Below, in pieces: positions 14,781 to 27,885 of a stretch of 64,000 nucleotides of DNA. Source of the DNA: Eledone cirrhosa (taxonomy: Eukaryota); contig OZ024744.1 in the NCBI GenBank assembly GCA_964016885.1, positions 38,936,001 to 39,000,000 on the forward strand, written 5' to 3'. A model generated the notes under the pieces. That model ran no database searches, was not told where the DNA came from, and saw only the letters and a list, made by a program, of their open reading frames with translations. A program made the position numbers and the translations under genes. Position 1 is the stretch's first letter. Each line of letters opens with the position of its first letter.

Positions 14781-16420
14781 TTATATATAGGGTTTAAAGT
14801 TTTGGAAAGAGTGTCGGAAGCGGTGTTGGAAAGATGCGAACACTTCTGATTTTTTATTAAGGAGATTATGGTTAGAGAAGATGATAGTATGGGTCTCTAG
14901 TAGACAGAGGTTACAAAATTTATTAGGTAGTTTGTACGATGATGCACTACCTACCACTTCCCATTTAAGTGTGTATATTTTATTTTTAGTTTTTAGATAG
15001 TGTATGTAGCTAGATAGTGAAGTGGAGTTGGCCAGACTGTGTTTTTTGAAAGAGTGGAGGTGCGAATTGTATCTAGTTTTGAAGCAGTTAGAAGTAGAGC
15101 CTATATAGGTTTCAGAAGAGTTGTTAGTTGTGACTGTACATGAATATATGATATCCTTGGTTAAGCATTTTTTATCTAAAGAGCAGGTTCTATTTGATCT
15201 ACAGTTACAATTATTCTGGGTGTTAGTCTGCCGGTTACTATGCTGTGTAGAAGTTTGGATGTTAGCTATAGTGTTATGGTTATGTGGGTTGTCGTTCGCA
15301 GCGTTAATGTTATTTCTATTGATATTATGGTTAGTTGCTATAATGTTATTTTGAATGTTATTTTGAAGGTTTATCGTCTGTTGTGATTTAGTTTGTTGGA
15401 AGTAAGAATTAATTTTTCTTTTATTGCTACTAGCTATGTGGTATGCTAAGTTAGGCGTAGTAGAGTATGAGATTTTAATAGTGTTTTTGTTTAAAAGGCT
15501 ATGGTACTTGTGGCCGGATGGGAAGTGTTTATCCAGTAGTGAGAAGAAAGCTCCAGGTAGGTTGGTAGAGACGTTTAGATTGAAAGGAGGGTTGAAAAAT
15601 GTATTATTTCTTCTTCTATTTCTGTTTTTTATGTCCGGTGATTTGTTTCCTTTAATGTTACTATGGTAATTTCTGTGTTGTGGGTTACTTTTGTTGTTAT
15701 CATCTCTATTAGTGTGTGTGCGGTTGTTATTCCTATTATTAAATTTTCCCATGGACATGTTGTGTGAAATAATGTTGTCGCTATGCGTTTTTGTAGGTAG
15801 GAGCTCTATCCCTGTATTATGGCCTGATCTAGCTAATGCCTGATTATAATACTGCGAGTTATTGTTAAATGTGTTTATGTCATAGGATAGATTAGAGATT
15901 CTATTAGATACTCCCTTAGAGATAGAGTTTAATATAGATCTAGGGTGGTTAGACTTGGTATCTACGTAGATGAGTTTTTCATTAGGTTTGTGGAAAGGTG
16001 TATATATCATTGAGTCTAGGTAGAGTGTGGCGTCTAGGAAGTTGACGTTTTTGGTGTTTTTGTCCATGGTAATACTAAGGTTATAGTTTTTGAATGTTTT
16101 GTGCAATAGTTTTCTAGTTCTTTCTATATTGATTTTTTATAATCTATAAGTAGAAGTGCATCGTCGCGATACAAACCACCGCTGAGAGGTCCCTATGGAT
16201 TTGGTTAAGTAAATATAGGCCGACTAAATCAGTGACCTGCGCCGAGTCACTAGACCCCATGGTAATGTCGAAGTTGTTTTGCGTATCTTTGCGGGTCCAT
16301 AATTGGTCTTCAAAGGTGATTAGTGTTTTACGGGCCGCAAGTATGACATCAGTCTGGGGTCTAGTCAGGTCACTATTGTCCATGGCCATTATAAGTGCCT
16401 TATTTAGTAGGATAGGGGAA
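14781..16420 (-). pseudogene. PLE (Naiad-type) RT / GIY-YIG ORF, frameshifted near 16150-16190
   Basis: FDITMGSSDSAQVTDLVGLYLL; GLYRDDALL in another frame; VNFLDATL; FFNPPFN; CNCRSNRTCSLDKKC; DIIY...YIGST..FKTRY; CNLCLLE; LLNKKSE. Confidence 0.9.
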
Positions 16421-16547
16421 AATATATATATATATAACATATACATATGTACGTAAGGGTTATATCAAACGAATATTAATAATAATATTCGATTCATTTG
16501 TAAACAAAAGGCCCGATTGAAAGCTGTGCCGATGAACAATTGAGGAA

Positions 16548-16588
16548 CAATCAACATATTTCTGGGTCATTACCCTTCATCAGGACTG
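16548..16588 (-). ncRNA. Minimal hammerhead ribozyme in a pLTR fragment
   Basis: cagtc CTGATGA agggtaatgaccca GAAA TATG TT gattg. The flanking 16590-16750 region is homologous to 23990-24165. Confidence 0.7.
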
Positions 16589-16816
16589 TATACCTCTGCC
16601 AGTCTGTTGAACGGATGAAAATATATATAATGTATTTCCTTAAGTATACATCGGCTGAGTAGCCTCATTTGCATGCCGAGCGAGTTACGGCTGACCGTGC
16701 CGAAAACTAAGAATAAAATTAGAATTTTATTTCTCGCTCTAGCACAGCTGATATATAAATGTAAGTAAGCATACGTACACACACACACACACGCGTGCGC
16801 GCGCACACACACACAC

Positions 16817-17209
<393 letters not shown>

Positions 17210-17259
17210 CATATGTACGTATGGGTTATATCGGACATTAATAATAATATATAAGTATA

Positions 17260-18410
17260 TTTTAATTAAGTTCTTCAAAAACATGGGCCTCACCATAGAA
17301 ATAGACGATAACAGAAAAATAGTAAACTTCCTAGACGTAACCCTCAATTTAGAATCGGGCCTTTACTAACCATACCACACGAGAACCTTAAGTACGTTAA
17401 TGCGAACACTAACCATCCCAAATCAGACAAGAGGGCAATAGTGAATAGCGTCTCCCTTAGGATTTCATCTCTGTCAGCAAACCAAGAAACCTTCAAAAAC
17501 GTAGCTAACTATTACAATAATGCTTTGATTAGGGCAGATTACAAAGAGAAAATTAAATATATACCTAGCCGAAGGAACAACATAACCGTTGACAGTAACG
17601 CATCTGATTGAAGAACCAACGGCGGGGGAGATCCGGCTTGGAATACCGCACACATCCCTAGAAGTATAACCACACCACAGTATAATAATCCTAGAAGAGT
17701 TGAAAACCTACACGAAAATAATTCGGGGCACCGTTTGATAATCGGGAACCCGACTTCGCCTACCATAGAAAACGAGAGTGCCAGCATGGTAAACAGGGAG
17801 GAACCGTGCAGTCTCAATTCAGGCCCAAGAGGGAACGTGGACTAAACGGGCCACCTCCCACACTGTGAACCGGAAATCTCGGGTTCGAAGTATTCCTATC
17901 GACATGGCCAATCCGACAAGCAGCGGCGAACCGGAGGGCAGGATCATTCCACATGCCCATGGTAGTTGTGTAACATATACCTGGACAGAAAAGGTAGTGG
18001 GACCGGAGCCAACGCAAGTAAGCGAACCCATTTCCGCAATCTCATGTGGTATACCCCCTCCCTTCTGCACGGGTCTACGCAGCAACCTAGCAGCCGTTTT
18101 CTTCAGGGCCTTGGATAAGCACTTCCCGAAACAACACAGGTACCGCGCTATATTCAAAAGGCACACAATTAAACTGTCCTACTCCATAACTAGAAGCCTG
18201 GCGCAAAATATAGAAATGATAAACCGAGGTAGACTAAGAAACATCCCCGAACCTGGGGAGGTCAGCAACCGTAATGAAGTATACAACCCAAATACTTCAT
18301 CCTTCAATAATATTACAAGGGACCAGGTGCGATCACGGAATCAAGCAGCACGATCCGGTAATCCAGACAACACCTCCCCGAAATGTAATTGTAGAAGCCC
18401 AGTAATTGCC
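17260..18410 (+). pseudogene. Naiad-type PLE ORF fragment (thumb and linker, truncated before GIY-YIG)
   Basis: KIVNFLDVTLNL; PPPFCTGLRSNLAAVFFRALDKHFPKQHRYRAIF..TIKLSYS; ends at KCNCRSP. Confidence 0.82.
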
Positions 18411-18621
18411 CTCTATAAACATAAGAACTCCTATCACTATCTTACTTGTTTATTATATTAATCAACGTAGATATTTCCTTCCCTGGATACATGATTCATA
18501 TTTATTCTTACGTTCAATTTACATTCTGGTAGTCCAATCACACAATTTGTTTAGGTGTTGTTGTTGTTATAAATATCACTGCAGCTCCGAACGACTATTG
18601 TTATTGTTGTTTATTGTTATT

Positions 18622-18792
18622 ATTGGCAGTATCAGTAGAGGGTGGGACGCTATGTTTTGTACCTTACGGTCCGAGTTCAAATCCCGCCGAGGTTAACTTT
18701 GCCTTTAATCTTTTCGGGGTCGATAAAATAAAGTACCAGTAATGCACTGGAATAATTGCTGGCCTTGTGCCAAAAGTAGAAACAATTATTAT
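18622..18792 (+). mobile_element. Nin/Deu-like tRNA SINE
   Basis: GTTCAAATCCCGCCGAGGTTAAC...TTTCGGGGTCGATAAAATAAAGTACCAG...AGTAGAAACAATTATT. Confidence 0.8.
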
Positions 18793-18947
18793 CACTGAAA
18801 ATCGGGTTTTCATCTGAAGATGCCGTTTTCATAACAACAACAAATGCATAAATGTCATCATGGATTGCATAAGAGAACCGTTGAAATAATTATTATGAAT
18901 AAACGATTTATGTGACATCAGCATCCGTCTTAATGTTATTCTCCCTT

Positions 18948-19137
<190 letters not shown>

Positions 19138-19138
19138 G

Positions 19139-19167
<29 letters not shown>

Positions 19168-19169
<2 letters not shown>

Positions 19170-19385
19170 ATAAGAAAATGCGAAGCAGTTTCAGATGTTA
19201 AAGTCCTTTATTGATAAGGCTGCAATACATATTTCAATGACAACAGTGGCCATGCAATTCCACACAACCAGTGCCATGATCTCATCAGACAGCTTCATTA
19301 CATAATAAGGTTATATTCTAGAGACAATCCAAACTAAAACGACAAGGAAACAGACAAAGAAGATATTTTGTAAGCCTTTCACTGT
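19168..19385 (-). mobile_element. pLTR-like fragment with hammerhead-like core and long stem II
   Basis: Homologous to 33639-33790. The minus strand reads CTGATGA...GAAAtatgta. Confidence 0.6.
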
Positions 19386-19389
19386 TCAT

Positions 19390-19514
<125 letters not shown>

Positions 19515-19519
19515 ACGTA

Positions 19520-20960
19520 GGGATTATGCGGAGGTAACTGACAGAGCAGAGGGATACAAAAGCCTTACAAACCTCCTTTGGTGCTTCCAACTGTCTGCTG
19601 GGTTTATTGTGGATTTCCGAATGCACCAATGTGGACTTGGACAAATCGTAGCGTGTCAATCAGATTGTGTTTAGATAGAGTCTTCATCAAAGTAGCAGAT
19701 AGAATCAGTGTGAGTTGTCCAGAGTTTCAGGTAGTGAGATATAGGGACCACAAATTTGTGAACTGTACAGTCAACTTAGAGCAAACTAAGTTACTAGAAA
19801 CTGAACGAGTCCTTGTCGGTGAGGAAATGATTCAAAGACCAGCTTCATGAACTAGTAAAATGGAAACTGACAAGGGCTGTCATAAACAACAGATGGTTAC
19901 CTGCGTTAAGGAAAAAAATTAGAACAGTATCGGTGCATTTCAGCAAACGTTAAAACAGAAAACCGGAGAGTAGAGAAGGAATTATTCAGTCGTTTTGCTG
20001 ACGTGTATAGAAGAAGCATCACAGCTGATGTGCTAGCGGTAAGAACGACTCTCGATCATTTCTTCAATATGAAACATGAAGGATGTGTTGTCATGGTAGG
20101 ATGCGCACACTAAAAGATGTAACTTCGAAAGCTATTAATTCGGTTTGGATGGCAGAAACACAACGCAGCAACAAAGCTACAATTCGATCTCAGACTGACC
20201 ACAGATAGTGCATACAATCTGACACTAAGCAGATCTGTGCTGGTTTGCAACATTACTTTGATAAAGTTTTGCAAGGATTGATTGACAGGAGGTGGGAGTC
20301 TTCAGCTCCTACCTCAAAAGACTGGCACGCCTCTCGGTCAGTGAGCCAGAGTGTTGTGAAAAACCGATTTCAACAGATGAAGTACTGAGACAGTGTGCGA
20401 GGGACAAAGCGCCATGGCTGATGGTCTAACTTATGAGTTCTACTTCTATATGCAGATTTGTTCACTACGGTCTTGGCAACTGTCTACTGCAGCTAGCAGC
20501 AAACCGGCAGTATCCTCAGTCATGTAAGCCAGGCAGTGATGACACTGCTAAGAAAGGACTCGAACAAGGGGGACGTTGTAGAAAATCCATGCCTGTAACT
20601 CTACTGAACACAGAACTGAAAGTGTTGGCAAAATTGCTTTCAAAAGGTTTACGCTTTCATCTTGAAGTTTAGTGGAATATACACAAAATTTCACGATCCC
20701 AGGCAGATCTTTCCATAACAACCTCCACATCATAAGATATATTGTAGAACAGTTCGGAAGTAGACATAACTTTGGTGGATCTCAGGTTACTTTTGATCAG
20801 TCAAGGTGTTTTACAGAATAAATCATCGCTACTTCGAGATGTCCTAAGTGCAAGAAAGTTCATCCACATTTTCAGAAACTGATCGCCAAGTTCTGCAGTG
20901 GCATCTATTCAGTGGTCAAATTGAATGGCCACTTTTCAGAACCTTTCCATATCCGAACGC
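19520..20960 (+). pseudogene. Heavily decayed Tx1-clade ORF2 fragment (APE to RT)
   Basis: MWTWTNRS..CLDRVFIK..SCPEF..YRDHKFV and PVTLLNTELKVLAK, homologous to the Tx1 ORF2s at 45-59 kb. Confidence 0.8.
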
Positions 20961-21426
20961 TCTATATGTGGAGAATAGAAATCTTGAAAGGTTATTACAA
21001 AATTATAATGGAACATTTTTAGATAAATATAAACACTTTAAAATGATAGGGGTTGTATTATAGAACAAGAGGAGGTGCTCTTAGGTGGATTGGTGAAATA
21101 GTTAACCTAACTTAATAAAGGTTCTTATATGAAATCATGATATGATAGAAAATGTTTTAGATATATAAAACACTTTAGTATAAACAACTTTCAATATAGT
21201 AGAATCAGGGACTAGATTCGGGTGGATTCAAATCAAAATACGTCTGTACTGTTTCTGCACTTGAGTAGACTGGTCACAAAATAGAGAATATAATAAGAAA
21301 CAGAGTTGACAATGGAAGGTGAAAATAGCCATTGGAATTAAGAAACGGGAGACTGGAGTAGATGACTACGAAAGAAAGAGAGAAATAAAAGCTCTCAAAA
21401 ATGGAAGCATAGCAGAGGGAAAATGT

Positions 21427-21496
<70 letters not shown>

Positions 21497-21515
21497 ACTA
21501 CTACTACTTCTACTA
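21427..21515. repeat. (TAC)n/(TGC)n trinucleotide repeat
   Basis: Direct reading. Confidence 0.9.
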
Positions 21516-21679
21516 CAAGGAAGGAAACGAAAGAGAAAGATAACAAACATGGAGTGACAAAAGTACACAGGATGCGTGTGCTTCAATGATGTGTGTGTGT
21601 GTGTGTGTAATATATGCGTGTATGTATATATATACATGTATATATGTATATATATATGTGTGTATATAGAGATTTAGAT

Positions 21680-21759
<80 letters not shown>

Positions 21760-22179
21760 ATCTAATGCTGGTTAGTTTTACCCTAAAATCTGTCCAGTGA
21801 TTCCTAAATCTTTATTCAGAGAAGTAGCGGCTTTACCGGGAGCGACTACCCCATCTCCTAGCTATGCAGCCTATCGAGTTACGTTATTCCAAAACTCCTC
21901 TGAGAAATTCCATTTCGGTCGCTTGTATTCGCGATCGTATTCTTTCGGACTTTACCCAAGATTCATAATCATATATAAAGGGAGGCACAAACACCGAATT
22001 GAAGATAGCGAGTTTCGCTTTTTACACTTACATTCTTTCTTTTTATGACCGAGTACAATTCTTATATTTAATAATCGATAAAGCTGTTCTGCTAGAGAAT
22101 GGGTCGCAAGTGGCAGATATCGCTACGGCCACCAGATGTGTATGATCTAAAATCTGCAGTATGATAGGATGCAATAAAA

Positions 22180-23040
22180 GAAATCCTACCGCATCTCGTG
22201 TGGACAACGGTGGAAGTTGTCTGGTCTTGTATTTAGACAGTTATTCGTGGAGTGCAGCATTTTGGGATGTTTCATCTTTCGTTTGTGCACAAATTACACG
22301 GATCGTTCCGTTTGCTTAGGGCTAAGATCTTTCTAGAATCCAACATTTAATGGATAATTTTGTGTCGCTAACTTTGATGGTCCACACGTGGTTTGAAAGA
22401 TTCGTGGTAGATCTGTCGTCCGTCAGGGTGCCTAAAGGTCGTTTCATAGTTAAGGAAACTGCCTTTAAAAGTGACTTTCCAATATTTCGACATATGTCCT
22501 CCTGCAACTGGATGGGCTGAGTTGTGGTGGCTTCTGCTTCATATACCACGGTGGGTATATTGTATATTCTTGGTCAATGGGGTATGTATCTGGTCGTCTG
22601 CATAAGCAACATGGCGTGGGAGAGTTCTTGGGTTTGTTAGTGATGTAGGATTCTATACTTTTTGCACATAAGAGCCAATATTCCCCGTATATGGTTAAAT
22701 ATTTGCCTTTACTCTTTGCCTACAGGAAAATATTTATCTATGAATGCTAAAAACTTTTCTCCTGCGTTGGTTTTAACATTAACGGAGAAAAAGGGTTAAA
22801 TCCGTACGATTGCACTATTTCTTGGGGGAGGGGCAGTATTTTATAGTACTGACCAGGAGAGTAGGAACTTTTTTCTCTGTGAAACCTTTGTCAGTTAGTG
22901 CTGTGTTATAATAGGGATCTGCCTTGTCGAAAATGGCTTTGTTGGATGAAAGGTTAGAGATCCACTCCCTGGTGTTATTAACTAGGTTTTGAAAGACTAT
23001 AGGTAGGTGTGGAAAGGTTTGGTGTGTATGTAACATATAG
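22180..23040 (-). pseudogene. Decayed Naiad-type PLE fragment
   Basis: ISNLSSNKAIFDKADPYYNTAL; FSVNVKTNAGEKFLAFIDKYFP; VYEAEA..NLSNHVWTIK..IKCWILERS. Confidence 0.75.
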
Positions 23041-23379
23041 ACTGAAAGCGTGTCGGACCATGGATTACCGGATTTAAAAGGTTCAATCTGTATGACATGT
23101 TTACAACATTGTGTTTACAACACATTGTGTAGTTGTCGTTGCCGTTGTTGTTATCGTTGTCGTTGTCGTCGTCGTCGTTGTTGTTGTTTAGTCCCAGACA
23201 AATCTTGATCGGCCAAATTTCTGATTAGAAGAATTATCGTAATTTCAGTCAGTTTTTTTTTTATGGGGTATGATGTAAGACTATATTTTATGATTTCCGA
23301 CTTTAGAACAGTACTTTTATCAGAGAGAGAGACTTATCTGTTATTTCTTCACAGTCAAGCAATCATGAAGAGGCTCTCG

Positions 23380-23605
23380 CTTGCTCAGGAAATTAACGTG
23401 AAAGTGACAAAGCATTCCACGAATATCTATACTCTTAACGTTGTTCTTTGAGAGATTCAGCGTGATGCAGTTTGTAATAAGGTTGTCCCCTTTATTTTTG
23501 TGACATAAAGTGACATGCAAAAAAACTCAAATCACCGCCACGAATAGAACTAATTCCCTACTTTACGATCGTGAGCCGAAAAACGTAAACACTAAGCCAC
23601 CTACC
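23380..23605 (-). mobile_element. Decayed tRNA-derived SINE
   Basis: Minus-strand head GGTGGCTTAGTG...CGGCTCACGATCG; related to 11145-11356. Confidence 0.5.
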
Positions 23606-23639
<34 letters not shown>

Positions 23640-23642
23640 TAT

Positions 23643-23721
<79 letters not shown>

Positions 23722-23929
23722 TGTATGTATATATATTTAAATATTTATATATATATATGAATTTTAGTGCAGCATTAACGAAGCTTTAGTTCACGGCCAA
23801 GCTAACGAATGCATATTCGGTCTGTAGCTTTAGCACTCGGATGGGATTAGTACTCCAGAGTAATAACAATACGTTTAGACAGCTTAGCAAATAAAATATA
23901 GACGTACATACATGCACACATATATATAT

Positions 23930-24465
23930 ATGTACAACACTGACACAGGAACGATGTACTAGTTTCAAGTTTATTAGCTATCGTCAGCACCGTATACCTT
24001 CCTGCCAGATGATTGAACGTCTGAAAGTATATACTTTCCTTATGCATATTAACGGCTGAGCAGCCTAATTTGCATATCGAGTGAGTTAATCGGCCGGGCG
24101 CACCGAATACGATAAATGGAAAAAATGAAACGAAATTTCATTTCTCACTCTTAGTACGGCTGTTACTTAAATTCCATTTATCGTTTTCTGTGCGCCCGGC
24201 CGATTAACTCACTCGATATGCAAATTAGGCTGCTCAGCCGTTAATATGCATAAGGAAAGTATATACTTTCAGACGTTCAATCATCTGGCAGGAAGGTATA
24301 CGGCGCTGACGATAGCTAATAAGCTTGAAACTAGTACAGCGTTCCTTTGTCAGTGTTGAACAAACGAGCATCGATGGTTGCTGGACACTACGGCTTAATT
24401 CGGGATGTTTGTTTACAAACACACCGAGCATTATAATAAATGTTCGGTAAATCCATACGTACATA
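23930..24465 (+). mobile_element. Fold-back pLTR insertion, ~190-bp inverted arms (23930-24122 / 24171-24362), each with a hammerhead
   Basis: Arms are near-perfect reverse complements. Core CTGACGA tagctaataagctt GAAA CTAG TA at about 24307-24337, with a mirror copy near 23955-23990. TA flanks. Confidence 0.85.
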
Positions 24466-24575
24466 TATATATATGTGCATGTATGTATATATATATACAC
24501 ACTACTGTACGTCTGTATACATATATGTATGTACGTATACATACTTATATATATATATATATATAGATTTATATT

Positions 24576-24681
<106 letters not shown>

Positions 24682-25095
24682 CACACACACATATATATAT
24701 GTATGTATAATATATACATATGTATATATATATATATGTGTGTGTGTGTGTATATATATATATGTATATATATACATACATATATATGTATATATATATA
24801 TATACACACACATGTCCTTGGCTTTGTTTGGTTGGTGTAAGCATTGTTTAACAATGTTTGCCTCTCCTAGGTACATGTATAGTCTTTAGTCTTCATTAAT
24901 TAAAGTTATCGTACTGGCCACATTAAGTATTTGTTAGCGTTTACTTCACTTATTTGTTTACAGCTAGGTTAGCTGAGTCATTTTGTTGTATTTCAAGTAT
25001 GTTTGCCACGGACGGACACAGTGTGTGTATGAAGTAGCGCTAGTGACAGGCAAACGAATCGTTGACCTTCTTCTCACTAGTAGTCAAACATTTCT

Positions 25096-25113
25096 GATGA
25101 TGATGATGATGAA

Positions 25114-25156
<43 letters not shown>

Positions 25157-25203
25157 GTGAGGGTGTTTGACGTTGATGATGATAATGGTGGTGGTGGTGG
25201 TGC

Positions 25204-25234
<31 letters not shown>

Positions 25235-25460
25235 GGTGGTGGTGCTGGTGGTGCTGGTAATGATGGTAATGATGGTGGTGGTGGTGGTAATGACGGTAAT
25301 GGTGGTGGTGGTGGTGGTGGTGGTGGTGGCGGCGGTGGTAATGATGATGATGATGGTGGTGGTAATGACGATGATGATGGTGGTGGTGATGGTGGTGGAT
25401 GTGATGATGTTGACGAAAATGACGATGATCATAAAGGTGTTAGTAGTGGTAGTAGTGTGA
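25096..25460. repeat. (GAT)n/(GGT)n low-complexity tract
   Basis: Direct reading. Confidence 0.9.
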
Positions 25461-26714
25461 GGGTGGCGGCAATGATAATAGCGATGATATGGATGACGCT
25501 GATTGTTAGTGCGATGGCCATGGCGATGGTGATGGCGGTGTTTATGTGATGGTGGTAGAAGTGACAAGGTTTGCGTAGGTTTCGGTGGTTGGTGTGCGGG
25601 TATTCATATAATCACGTTTCCACAGACCTCAATTGTCAGCCATAATAATTTGGATGTCTCAATTAGTCTTGGTTCCGGTTAGTTGGGACCTCCTCGATAC
25701 TGTCATGTCGAAAACACAATCGGTCCAGTGAGTAAATAATGAACAAAATTGGTTCAACAAAAAAAAAAATCTAGGAAAACGATAGAGATTATATTTCATT
25801 CAAGAAGAAAATAAAAAAAAAGGAACAAAAAAAAATTACATAGCAATATATAATATATACTGACTGAATGGATGTTCTAAACTATTACGTCAGTATTCGT
25901 CATTTCCGTTGACCGATCGTGGCATATATCTAGAATCGGAAACGGATAACAACAGTAGTTTAGATGATGGTTTTGGTGCCAGCTGATCTGTGAAATACAA
26001 GGGATTCACAAACAACAGCTATCACTCAGTCTGGAATTCAAACTTAGTTAAGTGCTTCCTAAATCAAGTAAAAAAAAAAATGAAATCGCTTTTGTTTTTT
26101 GTTTGCTTATTGTTGTTTTTGTAGTTGTTTTTCGTTTTTTTTTTTTTTTTTTACTCTTTAATCAATGGGGATTTACATAAAAAGCCAATTACCTGAATAT
26201 AAGTGTTCATATGAAAATGTGTTTATTTTTTATACGCCTCTTTAAAAATACTCCATTTAGATTTTTTTTTTGTCTTTCGTGTTGTTTGCTGTTGCTTTTT
26301 ATTTTTTCGGTATATTTTTTATTTATAAAATAAATAGTATATAAAAAAAAGTATAGTACTGTAAGCAAGGGGTAAAAATATCTCTGAGGTTGTATATATA
26401 GAGAGATGATCTGTTAACATGCAAAGACACTATATTTTATTATTTACGCAATGTGAGGCCTATGATGTTTTTCAATAGCATTAATAAAGCAATTGCTTCA
26501 ACCGAGAATCATTAAAACTATTGTCTCCACATTCACAATAAATATTTCCCTTTTAATTAATCACAAAAAATATTATATAAATTTGATTAATCATATAAAG
26601 ACTAGTAAAAGCCTGCCCCACGCCTTCAGGCTCATCAGACTGCTGTTTATGTCGGTTTCCTTGTCGTAACAAGATTAACCTTAGCTGCTGCCAATACTCA
26701 TTTTCCCAGCAGAA

Positions 26715-26826
26715 TCGACTAAGGCATAATGAAATCAAGTGTCTTGTTCAAGAGCACAACGCACCGCCCAGTTCAGAAAACGAACCGACAATATTACGGT
26801 CGAAAGCCCAATACCTTAACCACTAG
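26715..26826 (-). mobile_element. Decayed CORE-like SINE
   Basis: Similar to 9358-9480 (aagtgtcttg.tcaag..cac.acgca). Confidence 0.55.
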
Positions 26827-26874
26827 TTCAACTATTGTTTAAGGTAATTAAGTTATGTGGAAAAGATAAATTAT

Positions 26875-27885
26875 GACTATTGTTGATTTCTAATATCGGC
26901 ACAGGTTCATAAAACTTGGGAGGTAGATAGTCGAATAAATCGACCCCAATACTTGACTGATACTTTATTATACCGCCCTGCATGAGATTTGATTCAGAAC
27001 ATAAAGAGTTGGGATTAAATAATGCAAGAGATTTTGACCGATGCTCTAATGATTCCACCGCACTCTAATAATTCTTTCTAATATTGGTACAAGACCAGCA
27101 ATTTGAAGAAAGACGAAAGTCGATTATAACGAACTTAGTACTTAACTGGTACTTTATTTTATCGAGCCTGGAATGATAAAAGATAAAGTTAACCTCAGCA
27201 GGATTTGAAATCAGGGCGTAGAGAATCGTTACTAAATGTAGTAATGCAATTCATGCGACGCGCTAAGGATTCTGCCAATCCACCACCCTCACCGCATTCT
27301 AATATTCAATGATAGGTCAGGGCGACACATTTGACAATGAGATATAATCGATTAAACCATCCCCAATACTTTAATAGTATATTATTATATCGATCCCGGT
27401 GGGATTTGAACTCAAAACATAAGGCGCTGTAATAAAATACAGTAAGCCCTTTTCTTTTTCAACGCTCTACCTATTCTGTCAATCCGATATTCATATATCA
27501 CGTGCTATATTGATTTCTGACTCAGACTCAGGGCTTCGATTTTAGGTGTGGATACATTTGATTTCTCATGAATGCCGATGGCCAGGGCTGATTACCCAAC
27601 CGATCAAGGGAGCAGCCCGATCAACCAGCATATGGCTAACACGGCAGGTAGGCCTAAAATAAATATAATTGTTGAGGTTTCATCTAACAACAGATCGAGA
27701 CTGCTTTGAAAAAGATAGTCGGTTATATCAGCCTGGTACTCAACTGGTACTGTACTTTCTCGAACTTGGGACGAAGAAAGAAAAATTACGTTGCGCAGGA
27801 TATGAATGCAGAACTGAATTAATATAACTGAATGCCACAAGGTATTTTCCCCGTCACTCTACCGATTCTGCTAATCTACTATCCT
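26875..27885 (-). mobile_element. Cluster of about four old Nin/Deu-like SINE copies, same orientation
   Basis: Repeated ctggtactttatttt.atcga...ggatttgaa...attctgccaatcc motifs at about 26.9-27.06, 27.07-27.29, 27.31-27.48 and 27.72-27.88 kb. Confidence 0.65.

Noticed and set aside
14781-16106. Selenoprotein-type Naiad (in-frame TGA at Cys positions)
   Set aside because: The conserved Cys motifs use normal Cys codons and no in-frame TGA is present.
24983-25567. Gly/Met/Asp-rich and His/Thr-rich ORFs
   Set aside because: They derive from (GAT)n/(GGT)n repeats and have no domain or gene structure.
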